Assembly (NCBI GenBank): GCA_965223845.1 | Contig: CBDCXR010000004.1 | Location: 2,336,001 to 2,400,000 of the forward strand | Source of the DNA: Planctomycetota bacterium | GTDB taxonomy: Bacteria; Planctomycetota; UBA8108; SXIK01 | Direction of reading: 5' to 3' | DNA: 64,000 nucleotides | Program-made: the position numbers and the translations under genes | Notes under the pieces: model-generated | The model's input: only the letters and a program-made list of their open reading frames with translations | Databases searched by the model: none | What the model was told of the DNA's origin: nothing | Shown here: positions 9,540-18,900 of the stretch, piece by piece | Position numbering within the stretch: position 1 is the first letter of the stretch | Layout: the number at the start of each line of letters is the position of its first letter

Positions 9540-10223
9540 TCAGCTCACGATTGCGAGGAGTTCGCGGCAGCGTTCCTCGATCTCGGCCGCCGTCCCCGGA
9601 GAGTGAAAGGCGACCACCTCGGTGAGGGCGCGGCGGAACTCTCCTTTCGCCCGATCGAGGTCGCGGTGGAGAGCCTTCGCGTCCTCCTTCCACTCGTGCG
9701 CGATGTCTCGGACCGGTGTGCCGTCGCGAAAACGAAGCCGGAGGATTTCGATGCGCCGGGTCATCTCCGCGCCCGCGCGCTGAGCCTCATCTTCGAGCAG
9801 CTCGAACGCTTCCTTGAGGAGGGAACGTGCCCAGGCGCGGTCGAAAATCTGCGAAAGCGTCGCTTCGTCTCGCTCGACCTTCTGAAAGTCGATGCCGGTC
9901 GAGTACGCGCCGTCGCGCCGGCGGCCGGCGCGCTCTTCGAAACGACGCGCCACGTTGCGGGCAACGCCGTAAAGAAACGCGCGAAACCCACCTCGCCGCT
10001 CAGCGTCCGCCCGCTCGAGAACTCCACCTTCGCGGAAGCACTCGACGAAGATCTCCTGGAGAGCATCTTCGAGGTCGGCCGAGCGCGGAGACGTTCGCCA
10101 GCGCGCGCCGAGAAACGCTCGGAGGGCGGGGGTGTAACACCGGACGAACGTCTCGCGGTCCTTTTCGCGCCCCTCCGCGGCTCGCCGAATGAGCATCCAG
10201 CAGGTGGGGTTCGACTCGGGCAT
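9540..10223 (-). CDS. ECF-type RNA polymerase sigma factor (Planctomycete type, kinase-associated)
   Basis: Start reassigned to MPESNPTCWMLIRRA. It carries the T.W.LI N-terminus, DLEDALQEIF (region 2.2), RGGFRAFLYGVARN (2.3/2.4), FDRAWARSLL and a region 4 HTH. It lies directly upstream of the kinase. Confidence 0.88.
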   Translation of the reverse strand: MPESNPTCWMLIRRAAEGREKDRETFVRCYTPALRAFLGARWRTSPRSADLEDALQEIFVECFREGGVLERADAERRGGFRAFLYGVARNVARRFEERAGRRRDGAYSTGIDFQKVERDEATLSQIFDRAWARSLLKEAFELLEDEAQRAGAEMTRRIEILRLRFRDGTPVRDIAHEWKEDAKALHRDLDRAKGEFRRALTEVVAFHSPGTAAEIEERCRELLAIVS

Positions 10224-10235
10224 TCCGCGATGGTA
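10224..10235 (-). promoter_or_regulatory. Putative -10 element for a leaderless ECF sigma transcript
   Basis: Minus-strand TACCAT lies 6 nt before the ATG at 10223, and there is no SD sequence. Confidence 0.45.
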
Positions 10236-10290
10236 CGGAGGCGTCCGAGCGAAGAAAAGAACGCGCTCGCCGGACGAAGCCTCGCGGCGC

Positions 10291-11232
10291 TCAGACGAGA
10301 GCGAACACCCGAGAAGGCCCTCCAGAAGCGCCGGCGACCTTCGGCGCTCCGCAGACGATAGTCGCGCCGGCGGGCGGAACGTCGCCGAGACGCGCGACGT
10401 TTTCGAGAGCCCAGCGGTTGCGACCGAGCCACAGGGTGTGACACGGGAACTCCGTCGTCGGCCCGTGGTCGAAGCTCGCGGTGTCCGTCGCGATCGCCGC
10501 GATGTTTCGCTCCTCGACCACGAACTCGATCGCCTCGATGTGGAATCCCGGGAAGTGCCGCACGCCGTCCCCGTCGAGATTGATGAACCCCGGACCGTCG
10601 GCGCGGGCGTCCCATCCACTGAAGAGCGCCACGCACCCGCGCTCGGGGAGAGGGCCGTGCTCGGCCTCCCAGCGCCTAAGATCGTCGAGCGTCAATTCGG
10701 CGTCGGGATTCGTCCGCGCGCGGTCGCGAATGTCGACGATCGCGAGCGGGAGGACGAGATCGCGCGCCGGGATCTCCGCCACGTTCCAGCCGTCGGCGTT
10801 CCGATGAAACGGCGCGTCGATGTGAGTGCCCGCGTGCTCATCGATCGTCCACTGAAAGACGTTCCAGCCATCGCCGTTTGCGGTCGACGCTTCGGCGTCG
10901 AGTTTCACGATCGACGGCGTGCCGCGGAAGTGCGGAAACTCTGCGCTGTACGTGTGCGTGAGATCGACCACCCGAGAAAACGCCGAGAACAATTCGGCGA
11001 AAGTCGGCGCACTTCCCGCGCTCGACGCGCGGCCGAGCGTGCTTTCCTTCGCCGCCGTCCGACCCGAGCCTCCCCCGTCGTGCGTCGCCCGCGGGGCTTC
11101 GTCCGCACTCGCGGTGGCGTTTCCGCCGAGCGTCCGACAACCGCTGAGCGCCGCCGCAGCAGCGGCCGATCCGATGAAGGCTCGCCGCGACAAGTTTCGC
11201 ACGACCGCTTCGTGACATCCCGGAACACACAT
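10291..11232 (-). CDS. Cyclase / kynurenine-formamidase-family metal hydrolase, probable Tat lipoprotein
   Basis: EHAGTHIDAPFH signature, DTASFD and ALENV motifs; SRRAFIG twin-arginine motif and LSGC lipobox. Confidence 0.9.
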   Translation of the reverse strand: MCVPGCHEAVVRNLSRRAFIGSAAAAAALSGCRTLGGNATASADEAPRATHDGGGSGRTAAKESTLGRASSAGSAPTFAELFSAFSRVVDLTHTYSAEFPHFRGTPSIVKLDAEASTANGDGWNVFQWTIDEHAGTHIDAPFHRNADGWNVAEIPARDLVLPLAIVDIRDRARTNPDAELTLDDLRRWEAEHGPLPERGCVALFSGWDARADGPGFINLDGDGVRHFPGFHIEAIEFVVEERNIAAIATDTASFDHGPTTEFPCHTLWLGRNRWALENVARLGDVPPAGATIVCGAPKVAGASGGPSRVFALV

Positions 11233-11253
11233 TCGACCGTCTCCTGGGCGGGC

Positions 11254-11979
11254 TCACCGACCGAACAATCGTCGCCGCACGCGCTGCCGGAGCGTGCGCA
11301 CGAGACGTCGCGTCGACGGATTGGCTTTCTTCAGATACGTGAGTGGGTGAACGACATCCAGTCGATCGGCATCCGTACGCTCGCGCTCGGCTTCGAGCTC
11401 AGGTCGGGACGCGAGCTCGTCCGGATGGATGAAGAGCAGAGTATTCTGGCGATACCACCGCCGAACCGGCGCGAGGTTCCAGAGTCTCGGCCGCAGCGCG
11501 TCGATGGGGACGTAGCCGTGGGCGGCGAATCGTTCCGCCCAGTAGCTCGGCCACTGCTCGTTGAGATGTCCCGTTCCGCCTTGGTGCGGAATTGCCGCCG
11601 AGAAGAGGACGACCCGAGACAGCCGAACGAGCGAGGCGACGAAGGTCTCCGCCGATGATTCGGGGAGATGTTCGGCGACCTCGAGCGACACGGCGAGGTC
11701 GAACGTCCGGTCGAGCTCGACGCCCTGGGAAAGGTTGCGCTCGACGAACCGGTCGGCGGGAATGACGAGTCTCTCCCGCCGGACGTAATCGCCGTCGATG
11801 CCGAGAAAATCCTCCACGCCGGCATCGCGAAAGACGAGAAGCCACTCTCCCATCGCACAGCCGACATCGACGACGCTCTTCGGCTCGAGAAGCGAGACGA
11901 CCACCGGCACGACTGCGCGCGCGGAGTCCGTCGCCGAGGCCTGGCGCCCTTCGAAGAACTGCTCGTTGTATTCGATCAT
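11254..11979 (-). CDS. Class I SAM-dependent methyltransferase
   Basis: Start at MIEYNEQFF; motif I VVDVGCAMG; FDLAVSLEVAEHL; QGGTGHLNEQW. Confidence 0.88.
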   Translation of the reverse strand: MIEYNEQFFEGRQASATDSARAVVPVVVSLLEPKSVVDVGCAMGEWLLVFRDAGVEDFLGIDGDYVRRERLVIPADRFVERNLSQGVELDRTFDLAVSLEVAEHLPESSAETFVASLVRLSRVVLFSAAIPHQGGTGHLNEQWPSYWAERFAAHGYVPIDALRPRLWNLAPVRRWYRQNTLLFIHPDELASRPELEAERERTDADRLDVVHPLTYLKKANPSTRRLVRTLRQRVRRRLFGR

Positions 11980-12029
11980 CTTGCGTGGCCGGCTCCCACC
12001 CGGATCGACTCGACGTCCGGGTCGACACA

Positions 12030-12058
12030 ACTCAAGCAGGAGCCGGCCGGCGTGTCAA
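12030..12058 (-). promoter_or_regulatory. Putative sigma70 promoter for the methyltransferase
   Basis: Minus strand reads TTGACA-17 nt-TTGAGT: a perfect -35 and a weak -10 preceded by TGc. Confidence 0.4.
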
Positions 12059-12182
12059 TCGATGCTCGGCGATTCGCTCGGGACGCTCGAACTCTCCTCA
12101 CGAAGAGGTGACCGTGGACCGCGACCGTGGGTCTAGGTTCTCTCTCCGGAACGAGAACGAGCTTCAAGCCGCGTCGCTTCAC

Positions 12183-12755
12183 TCACGCGGAGCCCGAGTT
12201 CCCCGAGAGCCCCAGTCGTTCCGCTTGAGCGCGGATCGCGTCGATGCAGCGCTGGATGTGTTCCGTCAGGTCGACGCCGAGCTCGTCGATCCCCACTCGA
12301 ATGTCGTCCCGCGAGACCGCCGCGGCGAAGCTCTTGTCCTTGAGCTTCTTCTTCACCGACTTTGGCGTGAGATCAAGAATCCCGTTCGGACGCACCTTCG
12401 CGCACGCGACGAGGAATCCCGCGAGCTCGTCGACGGCGAAAAGAGCTTTTGCCATCGCCGTGTCGCGGGGAGTCCCCGTGTACTCCGCGTGCCCCAGAAT
12501 CGCCCGCAGGATCGGTTCTTCAACGCCGAGACTGCGAAGGTGTTCCACGCCGACGTAGGGATGCTCCTCCTCGGTCGGGTGACGCTCGTAGTCGAAATCG
12601 TGAAGCAAGCCGGCGACCGTCCAAGTTTCGATTTCTCCCGGCGCCTGAATCTCGGCGTAGGCCGCCATGCACGCCGCGACGGATTCCATGTGGACGCGAA
12701 GCGCCGGTGATGCGGTCCACTCCTCCATGAGCGCTCGCGCCGCCGTGGTGTTCAC
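12183..12755 (-). CDS. HD-domain metal-dependent phosphohydrolase (COG2316-like)
   Basis: The GTG start overlaps the RND stop (GTGA). Motifs are H...GLLHDFDYE, ILGH and LFAVDELAG, with a C-terminal KSVKKKLKDKSFAAAVSR. Confidence 0.88.
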   Translation of the reverse strand: MNTTAARALMEEWTASPALRVHMESVAACMAAYAEIQAPGEIETWTVAGLLHDFDYERHPTEEEHPYVGVEHLRSLGVEEPILRAILGHAEYTGTPRDTAMAKALFAVDELAGFLVACAKVRPNGILDLTPKSVKKKLKDKSFAAAVSRDDIRVGIDELGVDLTEHIQRCIDAIRAQAERLGLSGNSGSA

Positions 12756-15700
12756 GATCGCGGTCCCCCCTCGAGCGGCGGCGTGCCGCCGGCCTCGGCC
12801 CCGTTTAGGAGTTCTCCTCTCTCCGTCCAAGCAACGCTGCGGAGAAGTCGTCCGCAGAACGCCCGAGTGTCGTCGAGGACGGTGTAGAACACGGGGACCA
12901 TGTAGAGCGTAAAGAACGTCGAGGTCGCCAGTCCGCCGCTCAGAACCATCGCGAGGGGCTTGTAGTCGACCCCTTCTCCCTGCTGCGGAAACACGATCAG
13001 CGGTAGGAGGCCGAAGATCGTCGTGAGCGCCGTCATCCAAATCGGGCGAAATCGGATGCGGACGGCATCGGTGATCGCTGCGTCGCGCTCAACACCGCTG
13101 CGGCGAAGACGATTGATTTGATCCACGAGGACGATGGCATTGTTGACGACGATGCCGACGAGGATCAGGATTCCGATCATGCCGACGATGTCGAAGGGCG
13201 TCGACGTCACCCAGAGGAGCCCGATCGAGCCGAAGAGGGCGAAGGGGACGACGAAGAGGACGGAGAGCGGCAGAATGAACGATTCGAAGAGGACGCCCAT
13301 CAAGCAAAAGATGAGCGCGAACGCCATGAGCGCAGAAGTGGACGCGCTTTCTGCGTCTCCGTCGAACCCCCCGCGCTGGAGATCGAGCGTGAGCTCCACC
13401 GCCGGCGGAGTGGGATAGCGAGCGAGGTACGCGTCCAGCTTCTTCCGAAACTCGTCGCGCTTGATCCCCTTCTTGAGCCGCAGAGAGAACCCGAGCGTCA
13501 TCGTTCCGTCGAGCCGGTGGATCTCCCCCAGGCCTTCGGTAATCGCGTAGCTCGCGACATTCTCGAGGCGGACGAACTCGCCGTCCTCGCGAAAGACGCG
13601 CACGCGGTCGAGCGCACCGATCTCCTCCTTCACCGACTCGCCGTAGCGGACCCAAAACGGGTACTCCCGCTCCTCGACGGCGAAGTCGGGCAGCGGTGCC
13701 CCGCGGAGGGCCCACGCGACCGATTGAGATACCGTCGCCGTGTCGACGCCGTACTCCTGAGCGACTCGGCGGTGGATGTTCACTTCGATCTGATCGGAAT
13801 TCTCCCGGCGCCACTCGCTCACTTCGTCGATCTCCGGGAAGCGCTCGCGGTCCGCGAGATCGATCCTCAATCGACGACTCAGTTCGTCCATGGCGTCGAG
13901 ATCGTCCCCGCGAATGTACACGCGCTGGCGCTTCCCGCTCGTCTCGCGCATGAAATCCTCGAATCCGAAGCGGTACTCCACCCCCGGCAGCCGCGGTACG
14001 AGCGGACGAATCTCCGCGAAGAACTCGGTCTCCGTCTTTCGCACTTCCGGGCGGGGGAAGAGATTGAGCTCGCCGCGCGCCGAGTCGTACCAGGCGGTCA
14101 CCGATTGGATCCCGAGTCGCTCGCGTTGCTCGAGCAGCGCGGATTCGATTTTCCCGAAGATCTCGTCCGCCTCGCGAAGCGACGAGTTCTGCGGCAAGGT
14201 GACGTTGATCTCGAGTCGCCGGGGACCGTCCTGGATCGTCGCCTTTTCGAGACTCTCGTAGGCGACTTGCATGAGAAAGATCAGTCCGAAGGCCACGAGG
14301 ATGGTTTCGATTCGATGGCGGACGCAGAATCCGGTGAGGCGAGCGGAAACTCGATTGATCTTGGCCGGCTCGCCGACTCGTTCGCCGGTGAAGAAGCGAA
14401 GGAACCACGGCAGCCGAGACGATCGCGTGTCGGTCGTTTCCCCGGCCGCCGGCGCCCCGTTCTTTCGCGCGCGCCGCCACTGGAGTCGAAGCGCTCCCTG
14501 CGGGATGAACACGAGCGCGACGAGTAGCGAGGCGAGGACGCTCACGCACACGGGCTCGCCGATTTCGACCGCGATCACCTGAAAGCGCGGATCGCTGATG
14601 AAAAAGATCGGGAGGAACACCATCACGGTCGTCAGAGTCGCGAGGGTGACGGCGACGCCGACTCCGGTGACCCCGTGAATCGCCGCCGGACGCGGAGCGT
14701 AGCCGCGATCTTCGTGCCGGACGATGTTCTCGACGACGACGATCGAGTTGTCGACGAGCATTCCGATCGCGAGGGACATCCCCATGAGGCTCATGAGGTT
14801 GAACGTCCCCCCGCGAAAGTAGATCCAGATCACTGTGATCAAGAGCGAGAACGGGATCGCGAACGTGACGAGAAGAGTCATCCCCCACCGCCGAAAGAAG
14901 ACGTAGAGAACGGCGATCGCGAAGAGTCCTCCCCACATCGCGCTCCGGGCGAGCGAGTCGACGGAGAACCGGATCATCTCCCCCTGATCGAGCCACGTGT
15001 GGCGCTCCACCTTCGTGAGTCCGGGCACGGTGAGCCGAAGATCGTCCGCGAGGGTGTCCAGCGCGGCCTTGACGCGCTGGCACACCTCGACCGTGTTCGC
15101 GGATGACTCCTTGTGAATGACGAGCGACCGCGATCGGAATCCGTTCGCTCGCGCGAGCTGATCGCGCACCGCGTAGTTGTATTCGACCGCGGCGAAGTCA
15201 CGGACGCGCAAACGGTCGTCGGCGGGATAGTCGAGCACCGCGTCGAACGACCGAAAGCGATTGTCGAAGCGGACGAATAGTTCTTTCTCGCCTTGGCGAA
15301 TCGTGCCGGCGTTCACCGTTCGGTGGTCGGCGGACAGGCGGCCGATGAGACCACGGAGATCGACTCCGTAGGCGTCGACCTTTTCCGGATCGAGACCGAC
15401 CTCGACGAAGCGCTTGAGGATTCCCCATACGTTGACTCTTGCCACTCCGTCGACGGCCATCATGCGCTTAGTGATCACCTCGTCGAAGAGGTAGTCGACG
15501 TCGACCTTCTCTTCGTCGACGTCCATGCTGAGCGCGCACACGTAGATCGGCATGTCCCCTTCGCTCTGCCGCCAGAGAAAGTAGCGATCCACCCCGTCGA
15601 TCCACTCCGCTTTAGCGCGATCCATGCGGTCCCGAATCTCGGAGAGGACCACCTGGGGATCCGCGCTCGGCGAAAACTCGATCCGGATGCGGCAATCGCG

Positions 15701-15988
15701 CGAACTCGACGACGAGCCGACGCGACGGATTCCCTGCACCGTGCGAAGCTGAGCCTCGCAGGGCTTCGCGATGCGTTCCATCACTTCGCGCGGCGTGCCG
15801 TCCGGAACGGCGATGTAAAGAAAGCAACTCGGCGCGGTGAGGCCGTTCGGTACGAGTTGGAGCGGGATCTGGGGATACGCGACGAGACCGACGACGAGGA
15901 GTGCGGCGAAGGTCACGAATACCGCGATCGGGCGGTAGATCGTGGCGCGGATGAACGCCGAGGGTCGGGGTGCGGAGCCCGTCATCAC
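12752..15988 (-). CDS. RND efflux permease subunit (AcrB/AcrD/AcrF family)
   Basis: RPIAV N-terminus, GMLVDNSIVV (TM4), GIVVNNAIV (TM10) and RFRPIWMT (TM11); two periplasmic lobes. Confidence 0.95.
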   Translation of the reverse strand: MMTGSAPRPSAFIRATIYRPIAVFVTFAALLVVGLVAYPQIPLQLVPNGLTAPSCFLYIAVPDGTPREVMERIAKPCEAQLRTVQGIRRVGSSSSSRDCRIRIEFSPSADPQVVLSEIRDRMDRAKAEWIDGVDRYFLWRQSEGDMPIYVCALSMDVDEEKVDVDYLFDEVITKRMMAVDGVARVNVWGILKRFVEVGLDPEKVDAYGVDLRGLIGRLSADHRTVNAGTIRQGEKELFVRFDNRFRSFDAVLDYPADDRLRVRDFAAVEYNYAVRDQLARANGFRSRSLVIHKESSANTVEVCQRVKAALDTLADDLRLTVPGLTKVERHTWLDQGEMIRFSVDSLARSAMWGGLFAIAVLYVFFRRWGMTLLVTFAIPFSLLITVIWIYFRGGTFNLMSLMGMSLAIGMLVDNSIVVVENIVRHEDRGYAPRPAAIHGVTGVGVAVTLATLTTVMVFLPIFFISDPRFQVIAVEIGEPVCVSVLASLLVALVFIPQGALRLQWRRARKNGAPAAGETTDTRSSRLPWFLRFFTGERVGEPAKINRVSARLTGFCVRHRIETILVAFGLIFLMQVAYESLEKATIQDGPRRLEINVTLPQNSSLREADEIFGKIESALLEQRERLGIQSVTAWYDSARGELNLFPRPEVRKTETEFFAEIRPLVPRLPGVEYRFGFEDFMRETSGKRQRVYIRGDDLDAMDELSRRLRIDLADRERFPEIDEVSEWRRENSDQIEVNIHRRVAQEYGVDTATVSQSVAWALRGAPLPDFAVEEREYPFWVRYGESVKEEIGALDRVRVFREDGEFVRLENVASYAITEGLGEIHRLDGTMTLGFSLRLKKGIKRDEFRKKLDAYLARYPTPPAVELTLDLQRGGFDGDAESASTSALMAFALIFCLMGVLFESFILPLSVLFVVPFALFGSIGLLWVTSTPFDIVGMIGILILVGIVVNNAIVLVDQINRLRRSGVERDAAITDAVRIRFRPIWMTALTTIFGLLPLIVFPQQGEGVDYKPLAMVLSGGLATSTFFTLYMVPVFYTVLDDTRAFCGRLLRSVAWTERGELLNGAEAGGTPPLEGGPRS

Positions 15989-18900
15989 GTGTCCCCTTCG
16001 CGTGGTGTCGGCGCCGGGCCGTCGAGACCGAGCTCGGCATCCGGCGCGGTCAAAGTCGCATCTCTGCCGACGACGAGCAGGTACATCACGGGCACGACGA
16101 CGAGCGTGAGAAAGGTGGATGTGACGAGTCCCGAGATGACTGTGATCGCGAGGGGTCCACGGATCTCCGCCCCCTCGCCCGCGCCGAAGATCGACTCGAC
16201 GCCGGGAAGGCCGTGAAGCAATCCAGTGAGCGGAAGAAGACCGAGGACGGTCGTCGCCGTCGTCATGAGAATCGGTCGAAGACGGACGCTACCGGCTTCG
16301 AGAAGCGCGTCGGTGACGTTCTTTCCGCGACTCCGCACCTGATTGACGCGATCGACGAGCACGATCGCGTTGTTCACGACGATGCCCGCGAGGACGATCA
16401 TCCCGATGAAGGAAACGATGCTCAGAGCCAGCCCGGCAAACCAGAGGGCAGGACTCACTCCGATCATCGCGAGCGGGACCGCCGCGATGACGACGATCGG
16501 CTGGCGCAGCGATTCGAACTGAACCGCGAGGACGACGTACACGAGAAACACCGCGAGGAGAAGCGCCCAGCGAAGACTGCTCAGCGCCGCGTCCATCTCC
16601 TCCTTCTGACCGCCGAAACCGATCGCGAAATCCGCGCTGCGCACTCGCTTCAGGCCGCCGTCCTGGTGGAGCACGCGCTCGATCTCCCCAGTCACACCGC
16701 CTAGGTCGATGCCTTCGAGGTCGGCGCTCACGACACCGGCGCGTTGGTGACCGATCCGCCGGATCTCTGCCGGCCCCTCGCTCACTTCGATATCGGCGAT
16801 GTCCTCGAGCCGGAGCGGACTCGAGGCGTCGGCGATGACGGTCAACCCACGAAGCTGCTCGAGCGTCTCCCGATCCTCCTCGACGAGCCTTACCCGCATG
16901 CCGATCTTGCGATCGCCGTCGGTGAGCTCCGAGGAGACTTCGCCTTGCAGCTTCCGCCGGACGAGCTGTCCGATCGCCTCCGCGGTGAGTCCGTAGTGAC
17001 TCATCACGTCGGGGCGAAAGCGGAGACGAACCTCCGGGTATCCGGGTGCGATGTTGCTGCGGACATCTTCGAGTCCGGGTACGCTTCGGATCGACGCCTC
17101 GACCGCATCGGTGATTCTCTCCAGTCGATCGAGATCGTAGCCCTTCACCTCGATCTCGATCGGAGTTTTGAAGGTGAAGAGAACGGGGTTCTCGAACTGA
17201 ACCTTGTCGATCTCCGGCGAGCGAGAGAAGACGCTGCGAAGCTCGCGCATCGCCTGTTCTTCCGCCGCCCGGGGATCGATGCCGGGCTTCAGCCGGACGA
17301 GCATCTGCGCCGAGTGCTCTCCGCGATCGCCCGAGTCGACGTCATCGGGTTCGACGCCGACGGTCGTCGTCAGCGTCTCCATCCTGGCGGCGAGCGGTGA
17401 AGCGAGCACTGCCTCCTCGAGCGGTCGAACGATCGAGTCGGTCCGCTCGATCCGCGTTCCTACGGGAAGGCGGACGTCCGCCGTGAACTCACCCTGATGC
17501 ACTTCGGGGATGAGCTCCGTCCCGAGCCGAGTGAACACCCGAAACGATCCGTACGCCGTCGCGGCGACGACGAGGAGTGTCGCGACCGGGTGCGCGAGGC
17601 ACCAGGACAGCAGAGCACGGTAGACCGACGTCACTGCCTCGAATCCGCGATCGAATCCGCGGAAGATCGCCCCCGTCCCCGCCCGCACGGGTCGCGCCAC
17701 AAGGCGGAACGCGACCGCCGCGAGAGCGACGAGGCCGTACAGAATCGTCGTAACGACGGCGCGGACGAGCTCGACGAGCGCGGTCACGACTGCCACGAGT
17801 GCGAGAATGATGCAAACCGGAAGATAGACCAGGATACGGAGCGGCGACGACATCCGAGTGAAGACGATCGAGAAGCGATCTCTCAAACGGCGAAACACGG
17901 CGCGATTGAAACCGACGGTGACCTGCGACGAGCGAGCGCCGAGATCGATGTGGCGCGCGACGAGCGCCGGAATGAAATAGAGGGCGACGATCAGCGAAGC
18001 GGTGAGCGAGAGCACGACGGCGAGCGCCTGATCACGGAACACCTGACCGGCGATTCCCTGAACGAAGACGATCGGGAAGAAAACCGAGAGCGTCGTCAAC
18101 GTGGACGCCGTGACGGCCGCGGCGACCTCTCGCGTCCCGCGCACTGCGGCTTCCATCCGCGAGTCGCCCTCCTCTCGACAGCGAAAGATGCTCTCTAGAA
18201 CGACGATCGAGTTGTCGACGAGCATTCCGATCCCGAGCGCGATGCCTCCGAGCGACATCATGTTGAGCGACACGTCGAAAACAAAGAGCCCGATGAATGT
18301 CGCGACGACGGAGATCGGGATCGAAAGACCGACCGCGGCCGTGAATCCCAAGCGCCGGAGAAACACGTAGAGAACGAGAATCGCGAGTACGCCGCCCGAG
18401 ATCGCGGTTCGGCGGACGTTGTCGAGCGCGCTTTCGATGAACACGGATTGGTCGGCCATGATCGCCATCTCGACGCCGGACGGGAGCTGGTCCGCGATCG
18501 CGCGTCGACGTCGGCCCGTCGCGCCGCGTCGCTCGCTCTCGCCGTTCGACTTCGCGGCGGTGTCGTCCTCGGCGTCCTCGGCGTCCTCGTCCTTCCGATC
18601 CGATCGGCCGGGGCCGTCGGCGGAGCCGAAGAGACGCGCGCGCACTCCGCGCACGACGTCGACGACGTTCGCGTCCGCTTCCTTGTAGAAGTCGAGCTTG
18701 ACGCAGGGATGGCCGTTCAATCGCGTGATGACGTCCGGCTCGCGGTAGCTGAAGCTCACGTCGGCAACCTGGTGGAGCCGCACGGGAACCGTGTCCGCTC
18801 GTTTCACGATGAGGTTGCGAATCTCATCGAGACCTTCGAATTCGTTCACCGTGCGGACGACGTACGACTGGTCTCCCTCGTAGAGGAGACCGCTCGCTTG

